The notes under the pieces: model-generated | Databases searched by the model: none | Seen by the model: the letters and a program-made list of their open reading frames with translations, nothing else | What the model was told of the DNA's origin: nothing | Shown: piece by piece, positions 24,701 through 38,544 of the stretch | How the letters are laid out: every line of letters begins with the position of its first letter | How positions within the stretch are numbered: position 1 is the first letter of the stretch | Made by a program: the position numbers and the translations under genes | NCBI RefSeq assembly: GCF_964213995.1 | Contig: NW_027590144.1 | Location: 1,054,001 to 1,118,000, forward strand | Reading direction: 5' to 3' | Source of the DNA: Mustelus asterias | Lineage: Eukaryota | DNA length: 64,000 nucleotides

Positions 24701-27700
24701 TGATCATTACTCTATCTCCTTTACGCAAGCATTGGAAAGAGATAGGATCAGGCAAGCTAGGAAAGTGTTTATCTGGAGTAAGGGGAAATATGAAGCCATC
24801 AGGCAGGAGATTAGATGTGTAAATTGGAAGGAGGCATTCTCGAGGAAAAGTACTGAAGTAAGGTGGCAGATTTTCAAGGAATGTTTGCCTCGAGTTCTGC
24901 ATGACAACGTTCCGATGAGAGAGGGAGGTGTTGGTAGGTTACGGGAACCATGGTGCACGAAAGGTGCGCTGAACCTAGTGAGAAAGAAAAGGAAAGCGTA
25001 CAAAAGCTTCAGAGCGCTAGGCGATGATAGGGATCTAGATGAGTAGACGGCTTGTCGGAACGAAAGAAATTAGGAGAGCCAGAAGGGGTCACGAGAAGGC
25101 CTTGGCAGGTAAGATTAAGGAGAACCCGAAGGCGTTCTATAAATATGTGAAGAGTAAAAGGATGAGATGTGATGGAATAGGAATTATAAAAGGTGTAGGT
25201 GAGATAGTCTGTACAGAACCGGAAGAAATAGCAGAGGTGCTTAATGAATATTTTACCTCGGTATTCACGGTGGAAAAAGACCTGGGTGGTTGTACTACAG
25301 GACTGAGGTGGGCTGAAAAGATTGAGTATGTGGACATTAAGAAAGAGGATGTGTTGGAAATTTTGAATAGCATCAAGATAGATAAGTCGCCGGGACCGGA
25401 TGGGATGTACCCCAGGTTACTGTGGGAGGTGAGGGAAGAGATTACAGAGCCTCTGGTGATGATCTTTGCGTCGTCGATGGAGACGGGAGAGGTTCTGGAG
25501 GATTGGAGGATTGCGGATGTGTTTCCTATATTCAAGGAAGGGAATAGGGATCGCCCAGGAAATTACCGACCGGTGAGTCTAACCTCAGTGGTTGGTAAGT
25601 TGATGGAGAAGATCCTGGGGGACAGGATTTATGAACATTTAGAGGAGTTTCGTATGCTCAAACGTAGTCAGCACGGCCTTGTCAAAGGCAAATCGTGCCT
25701 TACGAGACTGGTGGAGTTCTTTGAAAATGTGACTAAACACATTGATGAAGGAAAAGCGGTAGATGTGGTTTATATGGACTTCAGCAAGGCGTTCGATAAG
25801 GTACCCCATGCAAGACTTCTCAAGAAAATGAGAGGGCATGGGATGCAAGGGGCTGTTGCCTTGTGGATTCAGAAGTGGCTTGCCTGCAGAAGGCAGAGAG
25901 TGGTTGTAGACGGGTAATTTTCTGAACGGAGGTCGGTCACCAGTGGAGTGCCCCAGGGATCTGTTCTGGGACCCTTGCTGTCTGTCATTTTCATAAATGA
26001 CCTGGATGAGGAAGTGGAGGGAAGGGTTGGTAAGTTTGCCGACGACACGAAGGTTGGTGGTGTTGTGGATAGGTTGGACGCATGTCAGAAGCTGTAGTGT
26101 GACATTGATAGGATGCAAGACTGGGGAGAGAAGTGGCAGATGGACTTCAAACAGGATAAATGTGTAGTGGTCCATTTTGGCATGTCGAATGGGATGAAGG
26201 AGTATAATATCAAGTGTACGACTCTTAGCAGTGTAGAGGATCAGAAGGACCTTGGGGCCCAGGTCCATAGGACTCTTAAATCGGCCTCGCAGGTAGAGGG
26301 GGTGGTTAAGAAGGCGTATGGTGTGCTGACCTTCATCAATCGAGGGATTGAGTTTAGAAGTCAGGAGATAATAATGCAGCTTTATAAGACCCTCGTCAGA
26401 CCCCACTTGGAGTACTGTGCTCAGTTCTAGTCGCCTCATTACAGGAGTGATGTGGAAATGATTGAAAAGGTGCAGAGAAGATTTACAAGGCTGTTGCCTG
26501 GATTGGTTGGCATGCCTTATGAGGATAGGCTGAGGGAGCTCGGTCTTTTCTCCTTGGAGAGATGAAGGCTGAGAGGTGACCTGAAAGAGGTGTACAAGAT
26601 GTTGAGAGGTATAGATCGGGTGGATTCTCGGAGGCTTTTTTCCAGGGCTGAAATGGCTGCTACGAGAGGACACGTGTTTAAGGTGCTGGGGAGTAGGTAC
26701 AGAGGAGATGTCAGGGGTAGGTTTTTCACTCAGAGGGTGGTGGGCGAATGGAATCGGCTGCCATCAGTGGTGGTGGAGGCAAACTCGATAGGGTCTTTTA
26801 AGAGACTTCTGGATGAGTACATGGGACTTAACAGGATTGAGGGTTATAGATAAGCCTATATATAAGCCTAGGTAGGTAGCGGCATGACCGGCGCAACTTG
26901 TGGGCCGAAGGGCCTGTTTGTACTGTATTTATTTCTATGTTTCTATGTTCTATGTACCCTGGTTCCCTCCCCCCTCCCTCCATCCCCCCCCCCGCCCCCC
27001 CCCCCCCCCTCACTATTCTATTACTTACAGCCTCAGAAAACGCAAGTAGGTTTGTTAAGAATGACATATCTTCCTTAAGCCCATGCTGGCTTCATCAAAT
27101 TCCGTTAATGCTTTCCAAATATTTTGCTATCATGTCTTTGATAACAGTCTCTAACATCTTCGCTTATGCTAAAGTCAGGCTGTAATTCAACATTTTTACT
27201 CTCCCTTCCTTTGTACATATTGGGATTTCATTTGTCACCCTCCAATCTATAGGAACTGATCCAGAGTGTATAGAATTTTAGAGGATGACACCAATGCACC
27301 CAATATTTTCAGGGCCATTTTCATTCATACTCTGGGATGTAGATTCTCAGGCCTTAGTGATTTATCAGCATTTCACCCCATTAATTTCCCCAGCATGATT
27401 TTGCTACTAACACTGGTGTTCTTCAATGCCAACTAGCTCTTGGTTCCCTAACATTTCTGGGAGGATATTTGTGTCCCCTTTTGTGAAGATGGAGTCAAAC
27501 TTTGTGTTCTATTCATCCAACATTTCTTTGTTCCCCATTATAATTTCCCTGGATTGTGACTGGAAGCTACCTAATTTGTCTTAAATAATCTTTGTCTCTT
27601 CAGATATTCAGAGAAGCTTGTACAATTAGTTTCTCTGCTTCCTGCCATTATACTTTCATTCTCTCTTTCCCCCCTCGCACATTGTGTCTTCTTTTGTTGA

Positions 27701-27760
27701 ATTTTAAAACATTCCAAACCCTCAGGCTTGTTGCTTCTTCTGGCAATTTTATATGTCTTA
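21742..27760 (-). mobile_element. Old CR1 host element interrupted by SINEs (22120-22405, 23130-23405) and a younger CR1
   Basis: Minus-strand CR1 tail at 21742; RT pieces continue at 22410-23610 and 27020-27760 (e.g. LTNLLAFSEAV). Confidence 0.7.
23614..26953 (+). mobile_element. Near-full-length CR1: 3' part of ORF1 (SGNH esterase-like) plus disrupted ORF2 (APE endonuclease and RT)
   Basis: ORF1 VVISGLLP..DGWHLNPRG; EN YFNARS, AITETW, YRPP, GDFNFP, SDH; [26 protein letters not shown]; stops and frameshifts; GTAC at both ends (possible TSD). Confidence 0.95.
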
Positions 27761-27920
27761 CAAGTAAGAAGTAAAATTTCCTCTCCTAAAATACATCAGA
27801 GAAGAAGATGAACTTTGCCGAAATATGATTGTTATTAATTAGACAACGATGTTTGATTCAGCTTAATCAATTAATTGAATTGAAATTCCCCAGTTGCTGG
27901 GGTGGAATTTGAACCCTTGC

Positions 27921-29146
27921 GGTTGATGGAGGAGAACCGGTGGATGCGGTGTTTTTGGATTTCCAAAAGGCGTTTGATAAGGTGCCCCATAAAAGGCTGC
28001 TGAAGAAGATTAGGGCACACGGAGTTGGGGGTAGTGTGTTAAAGTGGATTGGGGACTGGCTATCCGACAGGAAGCAAAGAGTCGGAATAAATGGGTGTTT
28101 TTCCGGTTGGAGGAAGGTAACTAGTGGCGAGCCGCAGGGATCGGTACTTGGGCCGCAACTGTTTACCATTTATATAGATGATCTGGAGGAGGGGACGGAG
28201 TGTAGGGTAACGAAGTTTGCAGACGACACAAAGATAAGTGGAAACGTGAATCGTGTGGAGGACGGAGAAGATCTGCAGAGAGATTTGGACAGGCTGAGTG
28301 AGTGGGCGAGGATATGGCAAATGGAGTATAACGTTGATAAATGCGAGGTTATACACTTTGGAGGAAATAATAACAAATGGGATTACTATCTCAATGGAAA
28401 CAAATTAAAACATGCTACCGTGCAAAGGGACGTGGGGGTCCTTGTGCATGAGACGCAAAAGCCCAGTCTGCAGGTACAACAGGTGATCAAGAAGGCAAAT
28501 GGGATGTTGGCCTATATTGCGAGGGGGATAGAATATAAAAGCAGGGATGTCTTGATGCACCTGTACAGGGCATTGGTGAGGCCGCAGCTGGAATACTGTG
28601 TGCAGTATTGGTCCCCTTATATGAGGAAGGATATATTGGCATTGGAGGGAGTGCAGAGAAGGTTCACCAGGTTGATACCGGAGATGAGGGGTTTGGATTA
28701 TGAGGAGAGGCTGAGGAGATTGGGTTTGTACCCGTTGGAGTTTAGAAGGATGAGGGGGGATCTTATGGAGACTTATAAGATAATGCGGGGGCTGGACAGG
28801 GTGGAGGCGGAGAGATTCTTTCCACTTAGCAAGGAAGTTAAAACTAGAGGACACAGCCTCAAAATAAAGGGGGGGGGGTCGGTTTAAGACAGAGTTGAGG
28901 AGGAACTTCTTCTCCCAGAGGGTGGTGAATCTCTGGAATTCTCTGCCCACTGAGGTGGTGGAGGCTACCTCGCTGAATATGTTTAAAGCGCGGATGGATG
29001 GATTCCTGATCGGTAAGGGAATTAAGGGTTATGGGGATCAGGCGGGTAAGTGGTACTGATCCACGTCAGATCAGCCATGATCTTATTGAATGGCGGGGCA
29101 GGCTCGAGGGGCTAGATGGCCTACTCCTGCTCCTATTTCTTATGTT
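27921..29146 (+). mobile_element. Young 5'-truncated CR1 (RT C-terminal half)
   Basis: 315-aa open frame [20 protein letters not shown]..; cttgc flanks both ends. Confidence 0.95.
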
Positions 29147-31734
29147 CTTGCCCGCAGAGCATTACTTCAAGCTTCTGGAATACAAGCTTAATAATAATAT
29201 TGTATGCTACACCTTGGACTGAAATATCATCACATCCAATAATGGAACAACTGAACATTCAGCACTTTGTCACAGGTTGTATCATGAGCTCAGGTATCTG
29301 TTGTGGGAATTGAGCACATTAGCATTTGACTCAAAAATGATGTTGATTCCACTGGGATAAGACTGTTAACCGATCACAGTTCTGTGTTTTGACATAACAT
29401 TGAGCTCAGTGTGTCTAAACTCTGAGATCTGTGTCCAATATTTCACTGATGCATTTAATTGTCAGAAGCAAGTCTTTTCTTAGCCTTGAATCTTATTCTG
29501 ACACGATGCCATTGATTAATGAGAATCCATGTGAAAGTTCCATCAATTCCTAACATGACATCGGGAAACATGCGAGGCAGAAGGTGGTGTGGAGCTTGAC
29601 GTTCATCATGCATGAGCTACACTATCAGAACAGCTGAACGCGGAATTTCTTTCCTTTAGAACAGTGCCGTTTATGGGAGATTTAGTACAGAAGTTCAAAG
29701 TTATGAATGAGCATGTTTTGCTCATTAGGAAGAAAACGCTATCCATTGGCAATAGGGCCAGTATGTAGAAGACCCTGCTTTATTAGTTATTAATTAACTG
29801 AATCAATCCTCTGATTACATTACACTGGTCCATACTTCTATTTATGTTGTACCAGACCCAGTCTTTAATGATATGGTAGTGGACCCTGTCTCTCTTTATA
29901 CTACATTCGGTCGTTTTTCTCGTTATGCTACACTCAGCCATTTCTCTATTTATGCTACATCAGGTCCTTTCAATTAGTCCTACAGTGGACCACAGATCTG
30001 ATTATATTACGTCGGATCCCACCTCTTTTTATATTACACAGGATTTGTCTCTTTACATTACATCAGAGCCTGTCTCTGTTAATCCAACATGCGACCATGA
30101 ATATGTTGCCTGTCGAGATATTATCAATCATGATATATGTGGGTGTGCCTGTCCGATACCAATCATTCTTGTTTGAAACAGTCGGTTTATTTTTTGCTAA
30201 TATTTATAAGTAGCTGTGAGAAACGTCTAATCACTCTGCTATTGTGTGGGTAATATTTAGCGTGAACGTTATAACATTTTCTCAGTGATAAACTGGCATT
30301 GAGGGACAGGTCAATATGAACAATAGTGCAGTGCTCTTTGCAATATATTTAGGAATCTCTGTTATGATGCCTTTTATTCGTTGTAGATTGTGCTGCACTA
30401 TGTCAATTTGCTGCAGATTTTAGCGATAAAGATTGTTTCGCCTGTCGTATTTTATTAATAGCATTCAACTGATACACTGGCGGTATGAGACAGAATTTTG
30501 TACTCGCAATATCGCCAGATGGGCTCCCACAGGCCAATTTTCTAACCAATGGTTCATTGTTCATCTGTTTCAGAAAGAAATAAAACGAAATGGCCACAGA
30601 ACAAGTTATGTTTGAATAGAATTTAAATATATATATTTTCTGCAATTTCCATTCTTATCTTCAAAATTATTTTTCAGTTTGGGATGTGTTAATCTGCCCA
30701 GGCCCGAAGCTCTGTTATTCCCTCCCTAAATCTCCTTATCTCACTTTCCTCGTCTAAATCAAGGCATAAAACTGTCCCTGTATTGATCGTCCTTTTAGTA
30801 ATCTGTTCAAATATCTCCTTGCTCAAAAACAAGATACTGCGGATGCATGGGATCTGAAAAATGAACTGCCAGAAACACTCAGCAGATCATTCATCATAAA
30901 TGGAGTGATATTAGTGCACTTGTCCATCTGTCTCTCTCTCTCTCCTCCCTCAGTCAACACTGCAGTTCATCCTCCAGGATTCATAGCATTTTATTACTGA
31001 ATTAGGTTATGATTCCGAGGAACATATTAATGGCCATTTTTGTTCTATTGCTTACTATGGTACGACGATGTATCTGCTTAAATTTCACTATATATTGAGT
31101 TTAGTTTTATTACACTGCCCCTCCTTCTGTTATTACTGCATTTAACCATGTAATTTTTTTTATTGCACAGGAGTTGTCTCAGTCATGTCTGTACGCCACC
31201 ATATCTCGTTTTATCTTTCTTTCTGCACTATATAACGCAACCTGAAGTTTAATTTATTAACGGACTGGGCCTTGATCTATTAGGGCTACAATTAACCCTG
31301 TCTCAGTTAGTACTGTACTTGACGATGTTCGCTGCAATAACCCATTTGGTGCAGTCGTATACAGTAATGCACTAGGCCATGCCTCTTTATATACTGCATT
31401 TGATTCATTTGAATCATTATTGCAATAGACCTTGTATCTGTTTACATTACATTACGTACCGCTTCCTTTATATTACATGAAGACATGCCGTGATATATGC
31501 TACAATTAATCATTTCTGAGCTGTTGTTGCTCAGTCAATAGTCCACATATGTTACATTAGGTTCCATCTCAGATATTATTTTTGGTAGGTTGTATGTCAT
31601 GCACTACTGAGCACACCCGTACCTCACGTTGCATTACATTGGGTCCGAATAAAAAAGCAGGCACTGCCTCAGTTACTAATTTTCTATAAAATGCGTCTGA
31701 TGGATGGAAAAAGAGGAAGACCAAGCTAGCTGGA

Positions 31735-32020
31735 TGGCGCAGTGGTTAGCAGCGGTTAGCACTGCTGCCTCACAGTGCTGGGGACTCGAGTTCGATTCCT
31801 GGCTTGGTCACTATATGTGTGGAGTTTGTACGTTCTCCCTCTGTCTGTGTCGGTTTCCTTCCACATTCCAAAGCTGTGCTAGTTAGGTGCATTGGGAATG
31901 TCAAATTCTCCCTCAGTGTACCCGAACAGCTGCCAGAGTGTGGCGACTGGGGGATTCTCAGAGCCGCTTCATTGCAGTGCTAATGCAAGCCGACATGTGA
32001 CTAATAAATTAACTTTAAAT
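31735..32020 (+). mobile_element. HE1-like V-SINE with alternative tail
   Basis: tRNA head, partial V-domain, ..cttcattgcagtg.. tail. Confidence 0.75.
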
Positions 32021-33985
32021 AAATAGATACTAACTTAAGAAATGAAACGTATTCGTGTGGATGAAAGCGGTTGGAAGTATTCATTTCATCTTGTTAATAA
32101 ATATTCGGTGTTGCACATCATATCTAGTTGCTCACGTATTGTGTGCAATAATTTGTTGAAAGCATGGGATGAATCTTGTAACATCCTCTTGTTCAAAAGA
32201 AATTGAGGAATACAGTAAACGTATGCCACGTTGGACTGCAAATGGATTCTCAGGGACAATTCAGCATGACCACTCCTCCTAACCTGCACATCTTTGGACT
32301 GCAGGAGGAAAGCGGTAAACCTGGCGGAAACCCACGCACACAATTTGCAAAAACCAGACAGACAGTTACACAAGCCCGAAGTGGACCCTATGCCCATAAC
32401 AATGTGATGTACCAGTCATAAATCCTATGTAAATAATTGCAATTAGTTTTAAGAATTTTATGGTAATTTGTTCAGTATTTACTTGCACATTCTTTGCCTC
32501 AGTCAATTCCTAAAGTTAATGAACTGCTCTGGACGCTCTTGAATGTGATATACAGCTGGCCATTCCACTGCCAAGGCATTGCATCTTTCAAATGACTCAC
32601 TGAACTTCTCTCCTCTCTTTCTCTGTCTCAGACAAGACCTAAATCGGAAAACCTCTCTTCTCTCTCTCAATCTCCTTTAGCTCACTTACACAGGTACCCA
32701 TGAGCCGGATCTGGCTACTCGTTCAAAAATGTTTAACTTTCATGCTTAAGGCAACTTGTGACTGAAAAGATGAAACAGAACAATCTCAACAGAGGAAAAT
32801 TCAGTGCCGGAAACAGACCAGTTCACTCTTTTATACGCTCTCCTCGATTTCACTCACACAACACCTAACACACTTAAACTTTCTATTTTAGAACACCTGT
32901 GCGGGGAAAAATGTTGCTTTAATTTTCCATCTTTTCTCTCAGCGATAATTTTCAATCCATCTTCCTTTCAATTAACCTACCTAAACCCCAAATATGATCA
33001 TTTTCTTGATTCATTAACATGGCAATCGAAGTGAATGTAATGCTGCGACCGGCAGCAATTCTGTGACTGTTCTTGAAGCTTTCAGAGTGAGTTCACCCTC
33101 GCAGGCAGGAAGACTGTTCACGGTGATAACATTAAACTGGCCCCGTTTGTTTCATTCTCAGGTAATATAACTTCCTGATTCTTGTTGCCAGTTCCAAACC
33201 ACACATCTCACTTCTGAGCAGAAAATAAATCCAGGGGCCACAATCTGACGAGAACATCTGTCAGTGCGGCCTATATCTGTCCACAGAGCCAGGGCAGAGA
33301 CACACAGATCACATTGTGGTGACATTTACAAATGAGTCTGTTGTGATCTGTTCAGAGTTTCCATTCCAGGACATAACTGGATGGTCAGTGGATCAGTCAC
33401 TGAGCTCTCCCAGGTTTCGTGAAGAAAGGAAATGATAGCTGTTATCTTGCATTGTTCGATCATTTTCTCTCCATCTGCTATTTATTTTTTGTTCTTCAGC
33501 TTTTATCTGTCAGCACCCCGTTTTTCTTTCTCCTAACTCTCCCGGTGTCTCTCTCTCTCTATCTCCTTGCCAGTGTTTTGAACACTTTTATTCGTGTTCA
33601 AAATCATGACGTTTTGAGTGGGGTAATTAAAGAGAGGATATTTCAACTGGGAGGACGGTCAGCAACCAGTGGGCACAGATTTATTTTATTGAGCAGAGAG
33701 ACAGAAATGTGATTGTTTACTTTTACACAAAAGTTGTTGTGGACTGGAATGAACAGCTTCAGAGGGTGATCGAATCAGATTTCACAGTAACTTTGAAAAT
33801 AAATGAGATATATCCTTCATGGAGTAAAATGTGAAGGATTTTCGAGAACAGGTCCATTTTAATGGTTCTTATGCACCATTGTCCTAGCATCGTTTTTGAG
33901 TCTCCCCCTGTCCTTCATTGAGACTGAATAAGATGCAATATTTATACAGCTGTCGTCTTGTGCTAATCTTATCTTTTGGCAACAC

Positions 33986-34018
<33 letters not shown>

Positions 34019-34032
34019 TGCGTGTGTGTGCG
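33986..34032. repeat. (TG)n microsatellite
   Basis: Direct observation. Confidence 0.9.
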
Positions 34033-35469
34033 CGGTGGGGGAGGGGGGGATGGGAGGGTTGGTGGTGGACATTTGCCAGGAACGATGCCGAAATTTAATT
34101 ATTCAATTCTATTTACAAGCCATCACTTTGAACAAATTAGCATTGGATCGAACTTGTTTCGGAAAAGTGCAATAATCCTTAACAGTTACTGCACTATTCG
34201 TTTTGCCTCCGATGATATTTTCATACTTCGTCTTTTCAGTCTTCACATGTTCCAATTCTGACTGGAAATGTGGAACTGTTTGTAAGAATGAGAAGGAGCA
34301 TGTTATTTTCTGTTCCTCTAACAGATTCACCATTGTTACCTCAGATGACAGAATTTTTTGGAGTCCACCATGATTGATCCACCCCCCCCCCCCCCCCCCC
34401 CCATGGGAATAACAGCTCTTTGTCAGGTGGAGTCAGTCATTCTTGCGGCTGTCATCGGTTTCCAATCCGTGTTTGCCACACAAATCACTGCATCACTCGT
34501 CATGACAAGGAAACCTGCACAAGGCCCTCGAAAAGATATGCTTCCTTATATCAGGTCCCAGTCTGACTCCGGGCCCAGCTGTCTCTGTTAGTGAAACACT
34601 GGGGCCGGCCATTCAAATTATAATATTCTAATTCTCTATGATTATTTTTCGAAACCGTTACCCAATCAGTTGTGAATTGGAACCTATATCTGGTTTTGCT
34701 ACGTTTGACGCCTGCCAATTATTATTGGACAATTTACTTTTTTCTAGAATGATCACACGGAACAAACTGTTTATTTAAATGTTATATCATGTTCTGTCTC
34801 TCTTATTCTATATATCTAATGCATTAGCTTACATGACTCTCCCGGCCAGTTTATGTTATCATTGCGCCAGCATATCTGTCTATATTAGATTAGATTCTGT
34901 CTCTGTTGTTACTGCATAATTTCTAATCATTTATGGGATGTGGGCATCACTGGCATCTGTTGCCCTTCCCTAATTGCCCCTGACAAAGTGATGATGAGCT
35001 ACCATCTTGAACAGCTACTGTCCATGTTCACCAGGCAATATCACTGTTTGTATCACACAAGGTCTGGCCACCCTCATAATATACCTGATCCTGATTCGTC
35101 GTGTTACCGAGATTGTACAACCTTTCCACAGTAGAAAATACTTAGGATGGTTACCATGGAATTGGCGAATGTAACGGTTAAACAGATCTCTGGAGAACAG
35201 CAGATGTTTCAATCCTTTGCATTAATAGGAATAAGAAGTCTGAGAATTACAGATGTAATTATCTCCTGTCGGCTATATATCCACGGTCACTTCCGCCATC
35301 ATTTTCACAAATCAGCACATAATTGAGTCGAAAATCAGGAACTTTAGTGAGACACGAAGAAGATCAATTTCCAGTAATCTCCTCGTCATTCGAGATGCGA
35401 TTTATCCATTTTCCAACAGATTTTTAAAGACAGATAAGTCAATGTTGGCAGCAAAATAGTCAGATTGAA

Positions 35470-37965
35470 ACAGCAAGAAACACAAAGCTGTGATAGTAGG
35501 GGATTTTAATTTTCCACATATAGATTGGGACTCGCATACTGTTAAAGGTTTAGACGGGGTAAAGTTTGTAAAATGTGTTCAGGAGAATTTTCTACATCAG
35601 TATATAGAGGTGCCAACTAGAGAGGATGCGATACTGGATCTCCTATTGGGAAATGAGTTAGGGCAGGTGATGGATGTGAGTGCGAAGGAACACTTTGGAT
35701 CCAGTGATCATAATGCCATTAGTTTCAACCTGATCGTGGATAAGGATAGATCTGGTCCTCGGGTTGAAGTTCTGAACTGGAAAAAGGCCAATTTTGATGA
35801 AATGAGAAGGGATCTGGGAAGTGTGGATTGGCACAGGCTGTTCTCTGGTAAGGATGTAAATGGAAAGTGGGAGGCCTTCAAAGGAGAAATTTTGAGAGTG
35901 CAGAGTTTGTATGTTCCTGCCAGGATTAAAGGCAAAGTAAATAGGAATAAGGAACCTTGGGTCTCGAGGGAGATTGTAACACTGATTAAGAGGAAGAGAG
36001 AGTTGTACGAAATGTACAGGCAGCAAGGAACAGATCAGATGCTCGAGGAGTATAAAAAGTGCAAGAAGCTACTTAAGAGGGAAATCAGGAGGGCTAAAAA
36101 AAGACATGAGGGTTGCTTTGGCAGACAGAGTGAAGGCAAATCCATAGAGCTTCTATAGGTATGTTAGGAGCAAAAGGATAGTGAGGGATGAAATTGGTCC
36201 TCTTGAAGACCAGAGTGGTAGACTGTGTATGGAACCAAAAGAGATGGGGGAGATACTAAATGGTTTTTTTGCATCCGTATTTACTGAGGAAACGGGCATG
36301 GAGTCTACGGAAATAGGGCAAACTGGTAGGGAGGTCATGGAACCTTTACAGATTAAAGGGGAGGAGGTGCTCGCTGTCTTGAGGCAAATCGGAGTGGATA
36401 AATCCCCAGGACCGGACAGGGTATTCCCACAGACCTTGAGGGAAGCTAGTGTTGAACTTGCAGGGGCCCTGGCAGACATATTTAAAATGTCAGTATTTAC
36501 GGGGGAGGTGCCGGATGATTGGAGGGTGGCTCATGTTGTTCTGTTGTTTAAAAAAGGTTCCAAAAGAAATCCGGGAAATTATAGGCCAGTAATTTTGACG
36601 TCGGTGGTGGGCAAGTTATTGGAAGGTGTGATAAGGGATAGGATCTACAAATATCTGGATAGACAGGGACTTATTAGGGAGAGTCAACATGGCTTTGTGC
36701 GTGGTAGGTCATGTTTGACCAATCTATTAGAGTTTTTCGAGGAGGTTACCAGGAAAGTGGATGAAGGGAAGGCGGTGGATGTTGTCTCCCTGGATTTCAG
36801 CAAGGCTTTTGACAAGGTCCCTCATGGGAGGTTAGTTAGGAAGGTTCAGTCGCTAGGTATACATGGGGAGGTAGTAAATTGGATTAGACACTGGCTCAAT
36901 GGAAGAAGCCAGAGAGTGGTTGTGGAGGATTGCTTCTCTGAGTGGAGGCCTGTGACTAGTGGTGTGCCGCAGGGATCGGTGTTGGGTCCATTGTTGTTTG
37001 TCATCTATATCAATGATCTGGATGATAATGTGGTAAATTGGATCAGCAGTTTGCTGATGATACAAAGATTGGAGGTGTAGTGGACAGTGAGGAAGGTTTT
37101 CAAAGCCTGCGGAGGGATTTGGACCAACTAGAAAAATGGGCTGAAAAATGGCAAATGGAATTTAACGCAGACAAGTGTGAGATATTGCACTTTGGAAGGA
37201 CAAACCAAAGAATAACGTACAGGGTAAATGGTAGGACTCTGAAGAGTGCATTTGAACAGAGGGATCTGGGAATACAGGTACAGAAATCCCTAAAAGTGAC
37301 GTCACAGGTGGATAGGGTCGTAAAGAGTGCCTTTGGTACATTGGCCTTTATAAATCGGAGTATCGAGTATAAAAGTTGGAGTGTTATGGTAAGGTTATAT
37401 AAGGCATGGTGAGGCCGAATTTGGAGTATTGTGTACAGTTTTGGTCACCTAGTTACAGGAAGGATGTAAATAAGGTTGAAAGAGTGCAAAGAAGGTTCAC
37501 AAGGATGTTTCCGGGACTTGAGAAGCTGAGTTACAGAGAGAGATTGAATAGGTTTGGACTTTATTCCCTGGAGCGTAGAAGATTGAGGGGAGATTTGATA
37601 GAGGTGTATAAGATTTTGATGGGTATAGATAGAGTGAATGCAAGTAGGCTTTTTCCGCTGAGGCTCGGGGAGAAAAAAACCAGAGGGCATGGGTTAAGGG
37701 TGAAAGGAGAAAAGTTTAAAGGGAATATTAGGTGGGGCTTCTTCACGCAGAGAGTGGTGGGAGTGTGGAATGAGCTGCCGGATAAAGGGGTAAATGCTTT
37801 TAACATTTAAGAAAAACTTGGACGTGTTCATGGATGAGAGGGGTGTGGAGGGATATGGTCCAAGTGCAGGTCAGTGGGACTAGGCAAAAAATGGTTCGGC
37901 ACAGACAAGAAGGGCCAAAAGGCCTGTTTCTGAGCTGTAATTTTCTATGGTTCTATGGTTCTATG
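35470..37965 (+). mobile_element. 5'-truncated CR1 ORF2 (EN C-terminus and RT), frameshifted
   Basis: [43 protein letters not shown]; (ttctatgg)n tail. Confidence 0.95.
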
Positions 37966-38544
37966 GAAATCGTTTTGTGTGCAAGAGCACACAGCAGAAT
38001 GGTTGTCAATAAATAGTTGCATATTAAATGTTCTTCAGTTGAAATACAGGACTGTCTGGTGTTTTCATACACTCATGGAAGGCAGAGATGGACTGAAGGT
38101 TATCACTTGGAAAGCTGAAGGGAAATTGCTGAAAGAAATCATTTCTCCAAAGGGGGTAATCGGAAGAAAGAATATTTAAAAGAAATAAGCACTCGTATGT
38201 CTAAGCAAGGTATGATATGATAATTCTTAGACATCGAACTATAGAATCCCTGGAGTTCAGAAAAAGACCATCTGGCTCTCCGAGTTTGCATCCCACCCAG
38301 GCCCTCCCCTCTGCCCTATCCCCGTTAGCCCCACACATTTACCATGGCGAATCCACATACCCTATGGACAATAACGGGTAATTTTGCATAGCCAATCCAT
38401 CTAATACAATCTGTTCTATTATGAACGAAGGACGGGTTTTGTGCAGTAATACAGAGACAGTGTCGAGTGCACCAATTATTGATACAGCACTTGTACTAAT
38501 ATGAATGCAGACTGGGTCCAGTTCAATGATTACTGAGAGCGGGT

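Noticed and set aside
25639-26673. 344-aa antisense ORF, and similar ORFs opposite CR1 and Tx1 coding regions
   Set aside because: Shadow ORFs of retroelement coding sequence.
33240-33336. NLTRTSVSAAYIC followed by cac-containing heptamer-like words
   Set aside because: No upstream V framework; the spacers do not fit 12/23.
35050-35320. V-like fragments on either strand (YIRQFHGNHPKY on minus; IRSLRITD..C followed by cacggtc on plus)
   Set aside because: Conserved Cys/Trp spacing and a nonamer are missing, and the two signals conflict in strand.
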